From assembly GCF_001194135.2 (NCBI RefSeq), contig NC_068983.1, forward strand, positions 31,941,858 to 32,005,857: 64,000 nt of DNA. Direction: 5' to 3'. This DNA is from Octopus bimaculoides (Eukaryota). Made by a program: the position numbers and the translations under genes. Each line of letters begins with the position of its first letter. Position 1 is the first letter of the stretch. The notes beneath the pieces are model-generated. The model did no database searches. It had not been told where the DNA came from and saw only the letters and a list, made by a program, of their open reading frames with translations. Positions 48,040 to 61,600 of the stretch are shown here, piece after piece.

Positions 48040-48290
48040 TAAGGGCTGGCTGAAATGTTCATAGGCTGACCATGATATACTCATGGAATGCAACTAAATG
48101 GGGTTTATTTTTCAACATAATTCCCCTTGTGGTTCACACACTTCTTTCATCTGTGTCACAGTGCTTGGATTCCATTGGTGAGGAAGCTTTCATCCTATTG
48201 GTCAAAGCCATCAACAGCAGACATGACATCATCATCACTGCGATACTAGTTCCCAGCCAAGTATCATGTTGGAGAACATGATAGTCAGAT
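48040..48290 (-). mobile_element. Mariner 3'-terminal fragment
   Basis: TIR-like tataagggctggctgaaatgttc and a decayed transposase C-terminus (like W.KCV...G.YVEK) on the minus strand. Confidence 0.55.
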
Positions 48291-48299
48291 GGGACCAAA

Positions 48300-49330
48300 C
48301 ATATGTTAACTACTGACAGGATCTTGTGTACTCATTGAAGACAGGCAAGGCATTTTATTTGGTGGAGTATTCTGGAGCTGTGAAGTATACCTCCCTGATT
48401 GGTTAGGTTGATGGTGACCTTATATGCTGGAACAGAGAGTACAGTTCAGATTTAGGGCTCAACATTTGACTCTTTCCCAGTTAGATCTGGAGTCTGTCAG
48501 GGTTATGTTTTAGCTCCCGCTCTGTTTAGTGCCAGCATGGACTGGATACTTGGCCGGATAGTGGCTCAATTGAGTTGTAGAGTGCTCATTACAGATCTGG
48601 ATTTTGCTGATGATGCGGTTATTCTTGCTGAGTCTTTGGATGTCTTAAGGAGTGCTCTCCCTCCACTAAGTGAGGAAGCAGAACCACTTGGCTTCAGAGT
48701 TTCTTGGTTCAAAACAAAGATCTGTCTTTTGTTGGCTTCCCAGGGGACTCCATCTCACTTGACTCTGTTGTAGGTGAGAATGTTGACTGCTTCACTTACC
48801 TTAGCAGCATTAACTGTGAGTCTGAAGTCTTAAAAAGACTCGAGTGTGCTGGTGCAATTGTGGACTCACTGGACAAAGGTGTTTGGCACTGTTGATATCT
48901 GACCAGGATAAAGATTTGGGTCTTCAAGTCTATGGTCCTTCTTATTTTGCTCAACAGTTTCGAGACTTGGACACTATGCATTGCCTTTTGGGTTCACCTG
49001 AATGGCTTTGATATCAGGAAAGTTTACAGAATTATGGGCTACCATTGGTCAGATTTCATATCCAACCAATGACTATACTCAGAAACTGAAATACATCCTG
49101 TTACTTGTATGATTTGGGAGTGTCAACTTAAACTGCTTGGTCTTGTTGCTTGATTTCCCAAGCTGGATCCTGCATACCATGTTCACTTCTCTGATGATCT
49201 AGCTGGGGCACCAGCTCATGTTGGTTGGCCACATCCTTCATGGTCACAGAGTATGAAGAAGTATATAATGGAGATGGGAACTGACTTAGAGGATTGCTCA
49301 GGATGGCCCAAGCAGATACTGAATAATGGC
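48300..49330 (+). mobile_element. RTE-clade LINE RT fragment
   Basis: GVCQGYVLAPALF, ITDLDFADDAVILAES, WFKTKI. Confidence 0.8.
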
Positions 49331-49399
49331 AGATGCAGCAACATGTTGCAACCATCTTCTCTACCTACATTTCCTAGGAAGGTCTGGGGGTAGACTCCT

Positions 49400-50400
49400 C
49401 AAGTACCTCCTCTGTAGGGTTCTGTCAGAAGCAACCGTTATTAGACTTTCTGATTGGATCCTAAGAATGACTGAGTCTAAGGATATTACCCAATCATCTC
49501 ATTCATGGTCACTTGCTGATTGGCTCAGATTGAAGAATCCATCTTGCAAATCTCTCCTTCGACATTCTAATCACTTCTGTAGTACTGCAGCTGTGACCTC
49601 TCAATGTAAAGTAGTGGATCGACCTAGAGAGACTCCCTGATCTCTGAGCCATGCACCCTGTCAAGTAATGTTACTCCTGAGATCCTCTGAAAGAACCCCA
49701 TTTCAGCCACTTGTATTTTCAATAGTACTCTTTTGGTCATTATCCAACATTTATGACCACATGTAAGGATAGGCTTGAAAACCAACTTTTCCTCTTCTGA
49801 AGGTTGAATGCTGGAGTGGTGCATTACTACATCAGTACCTAGCATTCAATTCAGCCTCCTATCTTCTGTCACTCATGAATACGGTTCTGAGACACTTAAA
49901 CGTCTTCACTTATCTCAGTGATGTTTCACTAACATGCAGAGTGCACTGGGAAGACTTTCTTGAAAGGACCAATGTTTCAGTCTTCACATCAATAATTCTT
50001 ACTCCTGCCTTGGAGCACTCAGCAGTACACCCAATCAGTGTATGCTGGAGATCTCTTAATGAGGTAGCACCAAGTCATCATAAAAATTTCGGCCTATCCT
50101 TCACCCACACATTGAGATACTGTTTTCACAGAGGTTGTGCATGTCAATTTTCAAAAAAAATACGTAAAGGAGAGGTGATAATTCACACCTTTGCCAGTCT
50201 GACACTCACATTGAAAGGTTTTAACTTAACATCATTTACCTGAACACAAATATATATAGGGACTGTATGGCAATCAGAAGATGCTCAATAATCCCAAACT
50301 CCAGCAAAACCCTCTGTAGCATGTCCTGCAGCACCAATCATATCTTTTTTGAGATCCACAAAGCAAACACACACCTCTTGGTAATATTCCCACTTTAACA
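49400..50400 (-). mobile_element. RTE-like LINE RT fragment, opposite orientation
   Basis: Minus readings resembling V.KTFKYLG and KPILTCGHKCWIMT..LLKIQVAEMGF; decayed. Confidence 0.65.
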
Positions 50401-53400
50401 TATTTAATGCAAGAAATATATGGTGAAGGGCAAAACAATACTAATTAATAAATGATACTATTTTCAATTTTTCAGCTAGCATGGAAGACAACACTGGAAC
50501 GTTTCAGGCTTATTCTGACTTTCAGCAAAACAGCTTTCACTGTACTTGCCAAAGAAATGACGAATGGGCTCATTATGTAAATATATCAAACTGTATATGT
50601 ATTAGTGAAATATGTTCAAGCCTGTCATACTGGAAATTCTAAAACAATATCAGTCATTGTCTAATATTGCTTTCATTGCATATTTTTAGTTAGCTTTTTA
50701 ATATTCCTTATTCAATCTGTTAACATTAACTGTTATGATTAGAGCTGCTTTATAATAAAGTAGTTATGTCTCTTACATCTGGACCATATAAGGTTTGAAC
50801 CAGAAACTAAAATTTCATTGTGATCTTTGTTAGATTACCATATATATGTTAGGATGATTGTTCAGACAATCTGATATTTGTTCTGCTGCAATGAATCACA
50901 ATTCACAGGTGTAGCACTTCTGTATTATTAAGTGGATAGGAGATAAATCTTAATCAGGTTAGGATTCTGGCTAATGGCAGACTGTTTTTCCCACCAGAGG
51001 ATCTGATTTCAGTAATAAAAACCAAGATCATTGCTGTTGTTGTTAGTAGTAGTGAATTATACCACTTATGATACCTCTTTCCAGTTGGGTAGAATCAGCT
51101 GCTAAATGATTTGTGTTTTAGGCCAAGTCATGATGCAATATCAGCGATAAGATTGGAATCACTAACCCTTTTTTAGCATGGTTATCCAACTGCATTCTCA
51201 TAATTTAATATTTAGTTCTGAGCTCAAACCTTGCTGAGGTTAACTGCTTTTTCACAGCAAGGGCGATAAAATAAGCATTAGTAATGTACTGACGTTAAAT
51301 AAAATAATCTGTATCCACATTGTGCAAGATGTTACATGAGACATTTATTGTTATTATTATTATTATTATTATAGTAGTTTTCATTTGGACTTGTTTAGCC
51401 AGCTTTTTATTGATTTGAAGTATCCTATATGATGGATGCTTCACCAAGAAAAGTTTTAAAGAAACTTTTTCAATGGAATAAAAAGATGGTATCTTTCATC
51501 TTTATAGAAAGATATTCCTTAGAATCATAGAATTGCAAAGAAGAGTAAAATATTGAGATATTTTTATATGCTACTGATACAACTACATTTATTGAATAAA
51601 AAATTAATACAACAAGCTTTTCGTTTCCGGAGAATTTTCATGATCAAACTAGTAAAATACATTTTTAAAAATCTTTTAAATAATGCAGGGTCCAAATAGA
51701 TAGCTCTACAATTAAAAAAAGAATGATTGATATAGAATCATGCATAAATTTGAGATCATCTAATTGCTTACCCAACAAATTTTGGAAACTGGCAAATTTT
51801 TATTTCTATTTTCTAAAAATTCACATCACCTGTCAAGAGCATTACAGGATATTGAACAATCAAAAAATAGAATGATAATTATAAAATTTATAATCTACAA
51901 CACTTTGATATTCACAATGGCCAAATCCAGCTGCTAGGAAAACAGTACAATTTCTTCAAACTTCCACTTGAAATATTAGGATTTTTCTCATCACAGAACA
52001 AAATACTTTACTCTTACTGATGTTTACCCATATTTTTAACATTTAAACTGGCCATATCTGGCCCAGATAGTCTACCTGTTTTATGTTCAAACCAGCCAAA
52101 TCCAGTTTCTCACACCTATCCTGCATGTCATTCTAAAGATAAGCAATCACATCAATCTTTCAAAGCTATGAGATAATGCATGATCAATTATAAACAGTGT
52201 GATTAAATAAGCACTACATTTGATAGAATAATCTGAATACTAAATGTTTAAATTCAAGTATCTAAGTTTTTTCTTTGCAAATCTCACAAAAAAATAAGAT
52301 CTTTATTTTACCATTGCGTCATTTATAAGCATGCATCACAATATCTCTAACACTATCAGATATATAAAAATATTAAAGGGTTAAATTATAGTGCTACAAA
52401 AATAATGTATGAATTCATTATGGTAAAAATTAATTTTTCTCTAACCAAGTACGTCATGTTTTATTTTTTCTGATTTTCAAACATAAGGTAAGCTATACTG
52501 TTGTTGCTCAACACAAAGTAGGCTTAACTAGTTGCAGCCACTGTACTGAACAATAAGTCATATCAGGTGTGATATTTTGGAAACCTTTGTACCCTAACAG
52601 AAGATGAAGACTATTCAGCTACATAGTTGTTTTTGGCAGAGACACACATCATAAAATTGAAGATCAATCAAAACAACTGGGAAGAGAGATTCCAGGTGCA
52701 TTATGGTACAAATCATCACAGCTATGGCTGCATTAAGAAGATATACTTTTGATTATTTACAGATCATACAATGAGGAAAAAGCTAAACCTCAAAAGCCAT
52801 TGAACTGATAAAACATTTCCTACTGTGCTTCCATAACTTTGGAAGAAATTTATATAGTTTTGCTTTGTTTTACTTTTGCCAGTGTGTGATACTATTGTTT
52901 TTGTGTTTTGCTGGGGGTTGATGAGGTGTATAGACTGTTGGATGGTGGAGGAATTTGTTTGCGATGTATGAGCAGGTATTATTATGACAAAATGGATTGA
53001 AGGAAGTAAGACATAAGAGATCATTGACATTTTAGGAAAGGACATTTGATCACATTATCTATCAGTGTGCGTGCTCTTTTAGAGGTATGTCTCTTAAAGT
53101 CTGTGTGTGTTTGTATGTGTGATTCTATATGTTAGCATATGTGTATGACTAACCAGATAGGTATGAATGTGTGTATGGTTTCATTATATTCATGAGCACG
53201 TTTTGTGTGATTTGCACATGTGTGCTTGTGTGTGACTGTGTTTAGTTTGTCATATCAATTTATATATGTGGGTATGAGTGTGAATTTTTTTGTGTTGACA
53301 TGTGCATGGTCTTATTCTGTGTGTTTTATTCATGTGGGCATTTGTAAATGATCAGACAACAAATCTGTGCACATGTGTGTATGAAAAGGATTATAAATTG

Positions 53401-53489
53401 CTGAGTTTGAATAATGGGGAGAAAAACAAACATGTATTAATGTTTGGGCGTGTGTTTGTTTGCTGTGCAGTTTATTGTCTTTGAATGTG

Positions 53490-54330
53490 TACAAGGTCGT
53501 ATCAAAAAGTTCCCGAATTAATTCTGGAGTGTGCCAAAAGGTAGCAACACCTGGTTGCATGTACAGCAAGAACTAGCAGTGACCTTCATGAGGCAGTGTA
53601 CTGATTGACATTGCTGTGTTAACTTTGCAAGTTGTAATATTTGTGGTTTTATGATTATGTGTATGTTGTAGTCTATGATTTTGTCATGGACAGGAACAAA
53701 GAGCCAATGTGAAATTTTGCATTAACTCAGGAAATCTGGTACAGCGACATTGAGCATACATTGGCAAGCTTATGGTGATGGGGCAATCATATGCAATGTT
53801 TCAAGTGACATGAGCACTTCAAAAGCAGAACATACGTGGAAAACGATGAGTGATCTGCCATGAGTGTCACCCCTGGAAATTTGGTATTGTGCATCAAGAA
53901 TTCTTCCCTCAGGGTCAGACTGTCAATTCAGAGTTCTACTGCAACGTTTTGAAGTATTTGAGGGAGAATATTTAGCAAAGTGACTGGATTTGTGGAGCAC
54001 AAAGAATTAGATTCTTCATGACAACAATGCACCCTATCATCAAGCTCTCCTCACTCATGAGTTTCTCACCAAAAACAACATAGTATCACTTCCACACCCA
54101 CCCTATTTGCCAGATTTAGCACCTACAGATTTCCATCTTTTCCTGAAGATGAAAATGCAATTCAAAGGTCACTGTTTTAACACTGTTGTTGAGATCCAGA
54201 GTGAATCGCAGAAGGTCCTCAACTCGCTTATGGAAAATGACTTCCAGGCCAGATTCCAAAAGTGGCAGGAACACTGGGACCAGTGTATTGCTGCACAAGG
54301 TGATTATTTTGAAGATAATGTTAAAACTTA
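53490..54330 (+). mobile_element. Internally deleted mariner transposon
   Basis: TIR-like tacaaggtcgtatcaaaaagttcccg; LHDNNAPYH, HPPYLPDLAPTDFHLF, WDQCIAAQGDYFE. Confidence 0.85.
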
Positions 54331-54469
54331 GGTATAGGCACAGGAGTGGCTGTGTGTGTAAGTAGTTTGCTTACCAACCATATGGTTCAGGGTTCAGTCT
54401 CGCTGCGTGGCATCTTGGGCAAGTGTCTTCTACTATAGCCTTGGGCCAACCAAAGCCTTGTGAGTGTAA

Positions 54470-54930
54470 GTTTGAAGGGCTTGCTGTTGTTTTAGGTGCA
54501 TTTGTAGGCTCTAGTAGTTCAAATGTGATTAATACTGGGGTATATTTTATGCCTGTTAAGTTTATATATATATATAATGTATGTGGTAGTGAAACATGGA
54601 CTTTGACTGCAGAGAATTTGCAAAGGTTATAAATAAATACAGTGAGCATGCTTAGCTGGTATACAAATGACCTAAGAGAAAAATTGTAAGAGGAATTGGA
54701 TGTAATAGTCAAGAGAGACGACTGGGTTGGTACGAGCATGTGATGCATATGGATGATAACAGCTGCATAAAAAAGTGCTGAGTGTTCAAAGTGAATGGTG
54801 TATGTGGAAGAGAAAGACATAGAAAAATATGGAATAAAGTGATGAAAACTGATCTTGAGATGTTGAACTTTACAAAGGAGACAACAGCAGACCATGATAG
54901 TTGGTGACATGCAGTGATGGAGAACATCCA
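54470..54930 (+). mobile_element. RTE LINE 3' fragment
   Basis: CGSETWTLTAENLQRL; RRDDWVGTSM-type region. Confidence 0.7.
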
Positions 54931-55493
54931 CATTTTTTAAATATAAATATCTTAATCACTTTTACAGGTATGCTTTATATGACGTCTTCAGCAATACTAA
55001 AGTCTCATAGTAAAATTGCATTTGCAGCAAAACATACTCAAAATGTTTTTGTGTGCTAACAATTCCTGTTCAGTAACTTTTCCATGAGACCTGTTGAGAG
55101 AAATGAGCCCATAGATGTACATTTAATAGCTCTGCTTATAAACAACAGAATTCTTTATAACTCATGATTTAGTAGTTCAGTGGCATATTTCTTAGACCAT
55201 TTCCTTCTCTATGCCAATGAAATACACCTCAATTTATAACAAGGATAAAGATATAAGTCAATAATAAATGACGAATGACACTTTACTACCAATATTGTAG
55301 AGTTAAAAACCAACCAGACATAATAAATATTAAATTATTCTGTTGTAGCTGCCTAAATAGATTTGTTGTAATCCATTTTGTTGATATAATAGGGTTTCAA
55401 ATGAAACAACAACAAACAACAACATCAAAACACATTTTTAAATAAGTCTTTTCATCAATAATGATATAAATACAGAATAAGGTTTGTTCTTCA

Positions 55494-55615
55494 TCAATCC
55501 ATCTTGAGAGAAAATCCAAGGGATGAAAGCCAATCCTGCTTCTTTAAAGTGAGGTTACCTTGATTTGCAATGGCTTTAACCTGGCTGCAATTTTTGTTGT
55601 CAGATCCAATTGAAC
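55494..55615 (-). CDS. FAM185A: FAM185A last coding exon
   Basis: poly-T tag|GT TCA...GAT TGA, SIGSDNKNCSQVKAIANQGNLTLKKQDWLSSLGFSLKMD*. Confidence 0.87.
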
Positions 55616-58600
55616 CTAAAAAAAAAAAGAAAGAACAAAAAAGATGGGGAAGGAAATCAGAAAATCAGACTTCTAGTGTTTTCTTCTTTAGTTGTTTTAC
55701 ATCTAACTTCTTGCTAAATAGAAAAATCTTCATGACTAGAAAAATATTTTTTCTTCTGGTATATATGATTACAAATTTCAAAAATGTTATAATAGGCAGG
55801 TAATAAAAAAACAAAAGAAAACAAGTACCAACTGCTAATCTGGTTCCAGGATGTTATCATTATATTTGCTATATCATTATTTAATTTCTTAGACACAAGA
55901 AAAATACCAAAAAGGTGACTGGATATTCGACTGTAACTAGTTCAATACCTAATAGTTCAAGGTTCAAATCCAGTCACGTTTCAAGTAAAATTTCATTCCT
56001 TTAATGGGGAGTCAATAAAATAAATACCAGTGTCATACTGAGGATTATATTGTCCAAATCATGTCAACAAGGACAAAGGGGCACTAAAACAACGATTCAT
56101 CATCATTATCAACAACAATTAATTAATTAATTAATGTCCATTTTCCATACTGGTATGGGTTGGATGGTTTGACAGCAAGCAGCAAGCTCCAGTGTCAACT
56201 TCAGCATGTTTTCTATGGCTTGATGCCCTTCCTAATGCCATCCACTTTATCGTGTATACAGGGTGCTTTTTTTTTTGCCACCAGCACAAGTGAAGGTGCC
56301 ATGTAACTAGCAAGACAGGAAAAGAACAAGAAAAGGCAAAGGAAAAAACCCACTCAATTAAGTGGAGAAAGTGTTTGAGAGGGGGCATTGGCTTTATGTC
56401 AGGTGTTGGGGTTTTAAAGTATGATAGAGGGACAAGCACAGGTGTTTTGCAATAGTAAAGACACATAGCTTATTTACAAATACCTGTTTAAAATGTTTTC
56501 CCCATTGTTCTCAAAACTAACCATTTCAGTAAATTTACTGAACTGTGACTATATTTGTTGCTTTGTATTGCAGTTATCAATTCAAAATTTGGTGAACCAG
56601 AAAAATTTGTGCTTCTTACTGCTTTTAATAATTTATAGATATAAAACATTTATACATGCAAGTATACTTACCCCGTAATTCCATGTGTATTTGTGGACAA
56701 TCCAAATGTTTCTCACCAACAATTTTTTTCTCCAGTTTCTCTGACAGTTCTGAAAAATCTTCATCTAACTTTATTTTTTTTGCATTAAGCTCAAAATTGG
56801 CCTTCAGTGTTGGACAGAATCCCAGAATAATATCACCTTGATAGAAATTGAGAAAGAAGTTCCCTTTTATAATAATAATTTTGCTTGTCATTAACATCTC
56901 CCTCCTGATGATGATGATAATAATGATGATAATAATGATGATGATGATGATGAGAATGATGATGATGATGATGATGATAACAACAATGACAACATTTTCA
57001 GCAATGAAAGATTTTCTAAAATTTATACTTGCACTACCTTTCAATCAATTTGATTTTCAAGATATTACAAGATTTTACCAGAGATTAAACTGATCAAGAC
57101 AGATACAAATTTCAAAAAAAAATCTTTCATATTTAAAGACAAGTTTAATGGTGCTCTAAAAGTTATAATCTGAATAACAACTCATCTCATTAAATCAAGT
57201 CCCTTCTAATTTTTAGTTTAAAAAAAACATAGTTTATAAAAACTTTAAAAATTCACCATTTCTTCATATGAGGTTGGTAAAATAAATAGCAGACAAAACA
57301 CTGGAACTGATGTAAAAGAATTATAGACTAAATTTGTATATACCTTTATGATTTTCAACTGATACATTCTTTGGAGTGTTTGTTAATCCTATATCCATGT
57401 CTCCTTCATCTGTAGTACCATCAAGATGACCTTCTAAATTTTCTGGAATGAAAGAAATTAGTGAAAATATACCTCACATCTCACATCATTTACATCATGG
57501 AAGAACCATTTAGTAACACACTAAGCTGTTAAACTTTGTTTAATGTAACAATGACACATGTATGGAATCATCATCATTATATTGGTGAGTTTGCTAGAAT
57601 GGTGACAGTGAAATCACTGACTAAAACTTGTTGAAAAATGGTTTATTATTTTCTTTTGAAATTAGAATTGTTTATCAATAGTGTCTTGCAACATAGATTA
57701 CAATCTGCAATGACAAAAGAATTATTTCTGTATAGGAAAATTAAATTATTCACTTCTGAGATGAACTGATGCAAAAATAGACTATTCTAATATTTTTGAG
57801 GGGTTTTCAGTTGAGAGCTTTTCCATGCTATCACATATTGATGGAAAGCTGTTCAAGATTACAAGGAACTCACTCCACTCAGTGAACAAATATGAAAGTT
57901 TTCATTCTACAAATATTAGGTGGTGAACTGACTGAGCCAATAGAGTATTAGACAGGATAAGATGTCTTGTGATATTTGTTCTGAATCTCTACGCTCTGAG
58001 TTCAAATTCTACTGATTTCAACTTAGTTTTTCATCCTTTCAGGATCAAAAAACCATTACCAGTATAGAGCAATGGATTGGTGAAACTGTAAGAACATTGG
58101 ATCAGATGCCATGCAACATTTATCCCAGCTCTTTGTATTCTAAATTCAAATATCTTGTCATTCCTTACTTAATCCATCATTCAGTTTAACACTATCTGCC
58201 ACCTTGGTATCTTTAGCTGTGAATATTAGGGTACTTCAATTTGCATTGCCTTTAAATACCAAGAGTAAAGTAGTTGACTATATTTGTCCTACCAGAGAGT
58301 GGGCCATAAATTAAATACTTATAATTATTCATACAATTAGTTATACCATTAGAAACAAACAATAAATAAAACTATAAATGCTTACTAATTTTCACATTTC
58401 CTTCTTTCATGAGTATCATTGTGTCTCCATGACAACTACCAATACTGAGCTGGGCTCGAGCACTGGCAGTTAAATTGCAGGTATCAGCATAAATATTTTG
58501 AATATCCATAGTGCCACCACCCACACTGCAGTGAATGGTCTGTCCTTGCAGACGGTCTGCTTTGATAACCTGTAAGTATATGAAAACAATTTACTTGAAA

Positions 58601-61600
58601 AAACACAAAACATCAGCCTGAAATGAGGAAGCTAAAAAGAGAGCTTAAGGTGCTGGAGGACTTCTATGTGATGTCAGAACTTGCTAGAAACAGAGGTCAG
58701 GTCTCTCTTAAATTGCACTTGACTGTCTTAAAAATAAGAACATATCGAATAATGTAATTAGATAGAATAGAGGTCACAATTGAAACAACTTTGGTTATGG
58801 GCTGCCTCATTCAGTTCCGATCTGAGACTAAACAACAACAATATACCTGCAACACATCAGCTTCATCAGAAACATTTTTCTTCATTAACACCTGCTCTTT
58901 TTAGCATCTTCTAAGATAGGAGTTTGCATAACTATGATTTTTTGGAACTGTATACTTCCAAGAGCACTTGAAGTGTCATGAAAATTTAATAATAATAATA
59001 ATAATAATAAGGAATATAAGGATATGGCCTCCTTGAGCACGGGGCCCCCTCGGAGCAATTGGTCCAATTGGCTTAAGGCTGGTCCTGGGAGTGACATTTT
59101 GGAAAAGCATATGGAGTGACAAAGGAATTCAACAGGGAAGCTGAATGGGTAGGGACAGAAGAAGAAAGAATGGCTGAGATTGAAGGACAGAGATGGAATG
59201 ATATTACAATGCAAGATCTAATTCAGGTTCTGACTAAAACTCATGGAAGTCTCCTGGACATGATAAAATCCCAAACTTCTGGCTTAATAGCTTCTCATCA
59301 TCACACTGTCAATTAATGGAATGTTACCCTAATATCATCAGAAACCCCCAAAAGATCTCCAAGCTGGCAAACATTAGGGATAGCATACCTACTCCCTAAA
59401 TGAGTGACACAAGAAACTCAAAAAACTACAGGCCGATCATTTGTTTACCCACCATCTACAAAACACTTACATCCATCCTCACCGAAAGGATGCACCAATT
59501 TTTCGATGAAAACAACACCCTTCCCCTCAAACAAAAAGGGTGCAAAAGGAACTCATATGGCTGCAAAGACCAGCTATTAATAAACCATAAGATACTCGAA
59601 AATTGCTCATCTAAAAATGAAATCTTAACACAGCGTGGATTGACTATCATAAGGCATTTAACAATGTCCCACATAGCTGGATCTTAAAGGCACTAAAAAT
59701 ATACAAGATCACTCCTTTTTTTAAAGGTTTTCTACAGCATAGTATGGGACTGTGGAACACAAAATTGTTTCTTAAGCAGGAGAAAGGTTTGTATGTAACA
59801 GAGAACATCAAAATAGATCGTGGAATATTCCAGGGCAATTCACTCTCTAGTCACCTCTTCTGCCCTTCCCTCTTTCCCTTATCCCATGTGGTGTGTGCGT
59901 ACGAGTAGATGTAATCGCCTTACCTCGGTTTTCCTTTCGTCGACTGTGAGTCTGTCTTGCGGTATCCAATCCTTGAAGCTTGCCCCGACCCAAAGAACAC
60001 CAGGAATAGCAGCTGTTTCTCCAAAACCTAGACCGTCACTAGACACGTCTTGTCCTGTCCGCGACCCCGTTCGAAAAAGGGCACGAATCCTGATCGAGGC
60101 TCCCTCTGCCCTTTTTCCTCTTCCGGTCAGCCTCCCCAGACACTGACGTCATGCCNNNNNNNNNNNNNNNNNNNNNNNNNNNNNNNNNNNNNNNNNNNNN
60201 NNNNNNNNNNNNNNNNNNNNNNNNNNNNNNNNNNNNNNNNNNNNNNNNNNNNNNNNNNNNNNNNNNNNNNNNNNNNNNNNNNNNNNNNNNNNNNNNNNNN
60301 NNNNNNNNNNNNNNNNNNNNNNNNNNNNNNNNNNNNNNNNNNNNNNNNNNNNNNNNNNNNNNNNNNNNNNNNNNNNNNNNNNNNNNNNNNNNTGACCCAA
60401 ACTTCCTCCCCTACTTTCACGCCGGCGGGTTCCTTCTCTTCCTCGCAGAACTCCGGCGTCTTACTGGGATGCCTCCATTCATATTTGAACACCGCTCTGT
60501 GCAGCACAGACTCTTCCGCTTGTCCGGATTGGGGAGACATGTTGTACCAGTAGACCGCTTCCAGGGGCGAAATGTGCCCCCTTTCAGCCATGGCCTTGAT
60601 CGTCCGATGGTGCCTCTCAACGATTCCGTTGCCACTCTGCCTATACGCCGCTCTAAATAATTGTCGCACCTTCCAATGGTCAAGCATCTCTCCCAACGCT
60701 TCCGAACGAATTTGACTTTGACAAGTGTGCAAAAGCTTCGTTCAAATGTGGTAGACTGACAGTTACTACCATGATCTAACTTGGTTATGATATACCAAGG
60801 AACTGGATCAAGAAGGTTTTTATAAGTTTCTTGGGGTACACGAAGGGAAAGGGATTCAACATGGATCAATGAAAGAGAAGATCAGGAAAAAGTATTATAG
60901 ACATGTCAGAATGGTCTTGAATACTGAGCTGAACTCCCAAAGTAGAATTGCAGCTATAAACTCCTTGGTGGTACCAGTTGTCTAGTATAGCCTTAATGTC
61001 ATCAACTGGAATCTGAGTGATCTCCAGAGTATGGACATAAAGACCAGGAAACTGCCGACACTAAAAAGGATGCACCACCCAAAAACAAACATCCACAAGC
61101 TCTATCTCCCATGAAAGGAAGGTGGAAGAGGCCTAATCCACCTTGAAACATCCTATAAAATGACCACGACAGGACTCCAAGTGTACATTCAAAGTAACAC
61201 CGACTGGATGATAAAGCTGGTAAGGCAACACGAACAGAATAAGTAACTGCACTCAATCTCAAAGAAGGCATATAAATACAGACAAGAGCTTATCCTGCCT
61301 GAGTATGATGATGATAAGGAGGATACACCACCTACTAAGGAAGCAAAAAAGTGTAAAAAACAAAAGCCAAACAGGAAAGCTTGAGGGAAATATTAAGACT
61401 GTGACAAGAAAAAACCACTGCATGGGCAAGAAAAACCATTGCATGGGCAATACCCCAAATGAGCTAGGGAAGCTGATGTACATATGAGAAGAACTCATCA
61501 GTGGCTGCAGTGTTGGTTTAAAAGCTGAAACTGAAGGATTTATCCTAACAGCACAAAATCAGAGCCTCCTCACTTGGAACAATCAAGCTAATGTCATACA

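Noticed and set aside
50476-50576. Possible plus-strand exon (tttcag|CT AGC ATG GAA...CAT TAT|gtaaat)
   Set aside because: Plausible splice sites, but no recognisable homology and no partner exons I could connect; left uncalled.
56625-57093. Poly-Ile and poly-Met ORFs
   Set aside because: Produced by a (GAT/AAT)n microsatellite. Only 56672-56836 is a real FAM185A exon.
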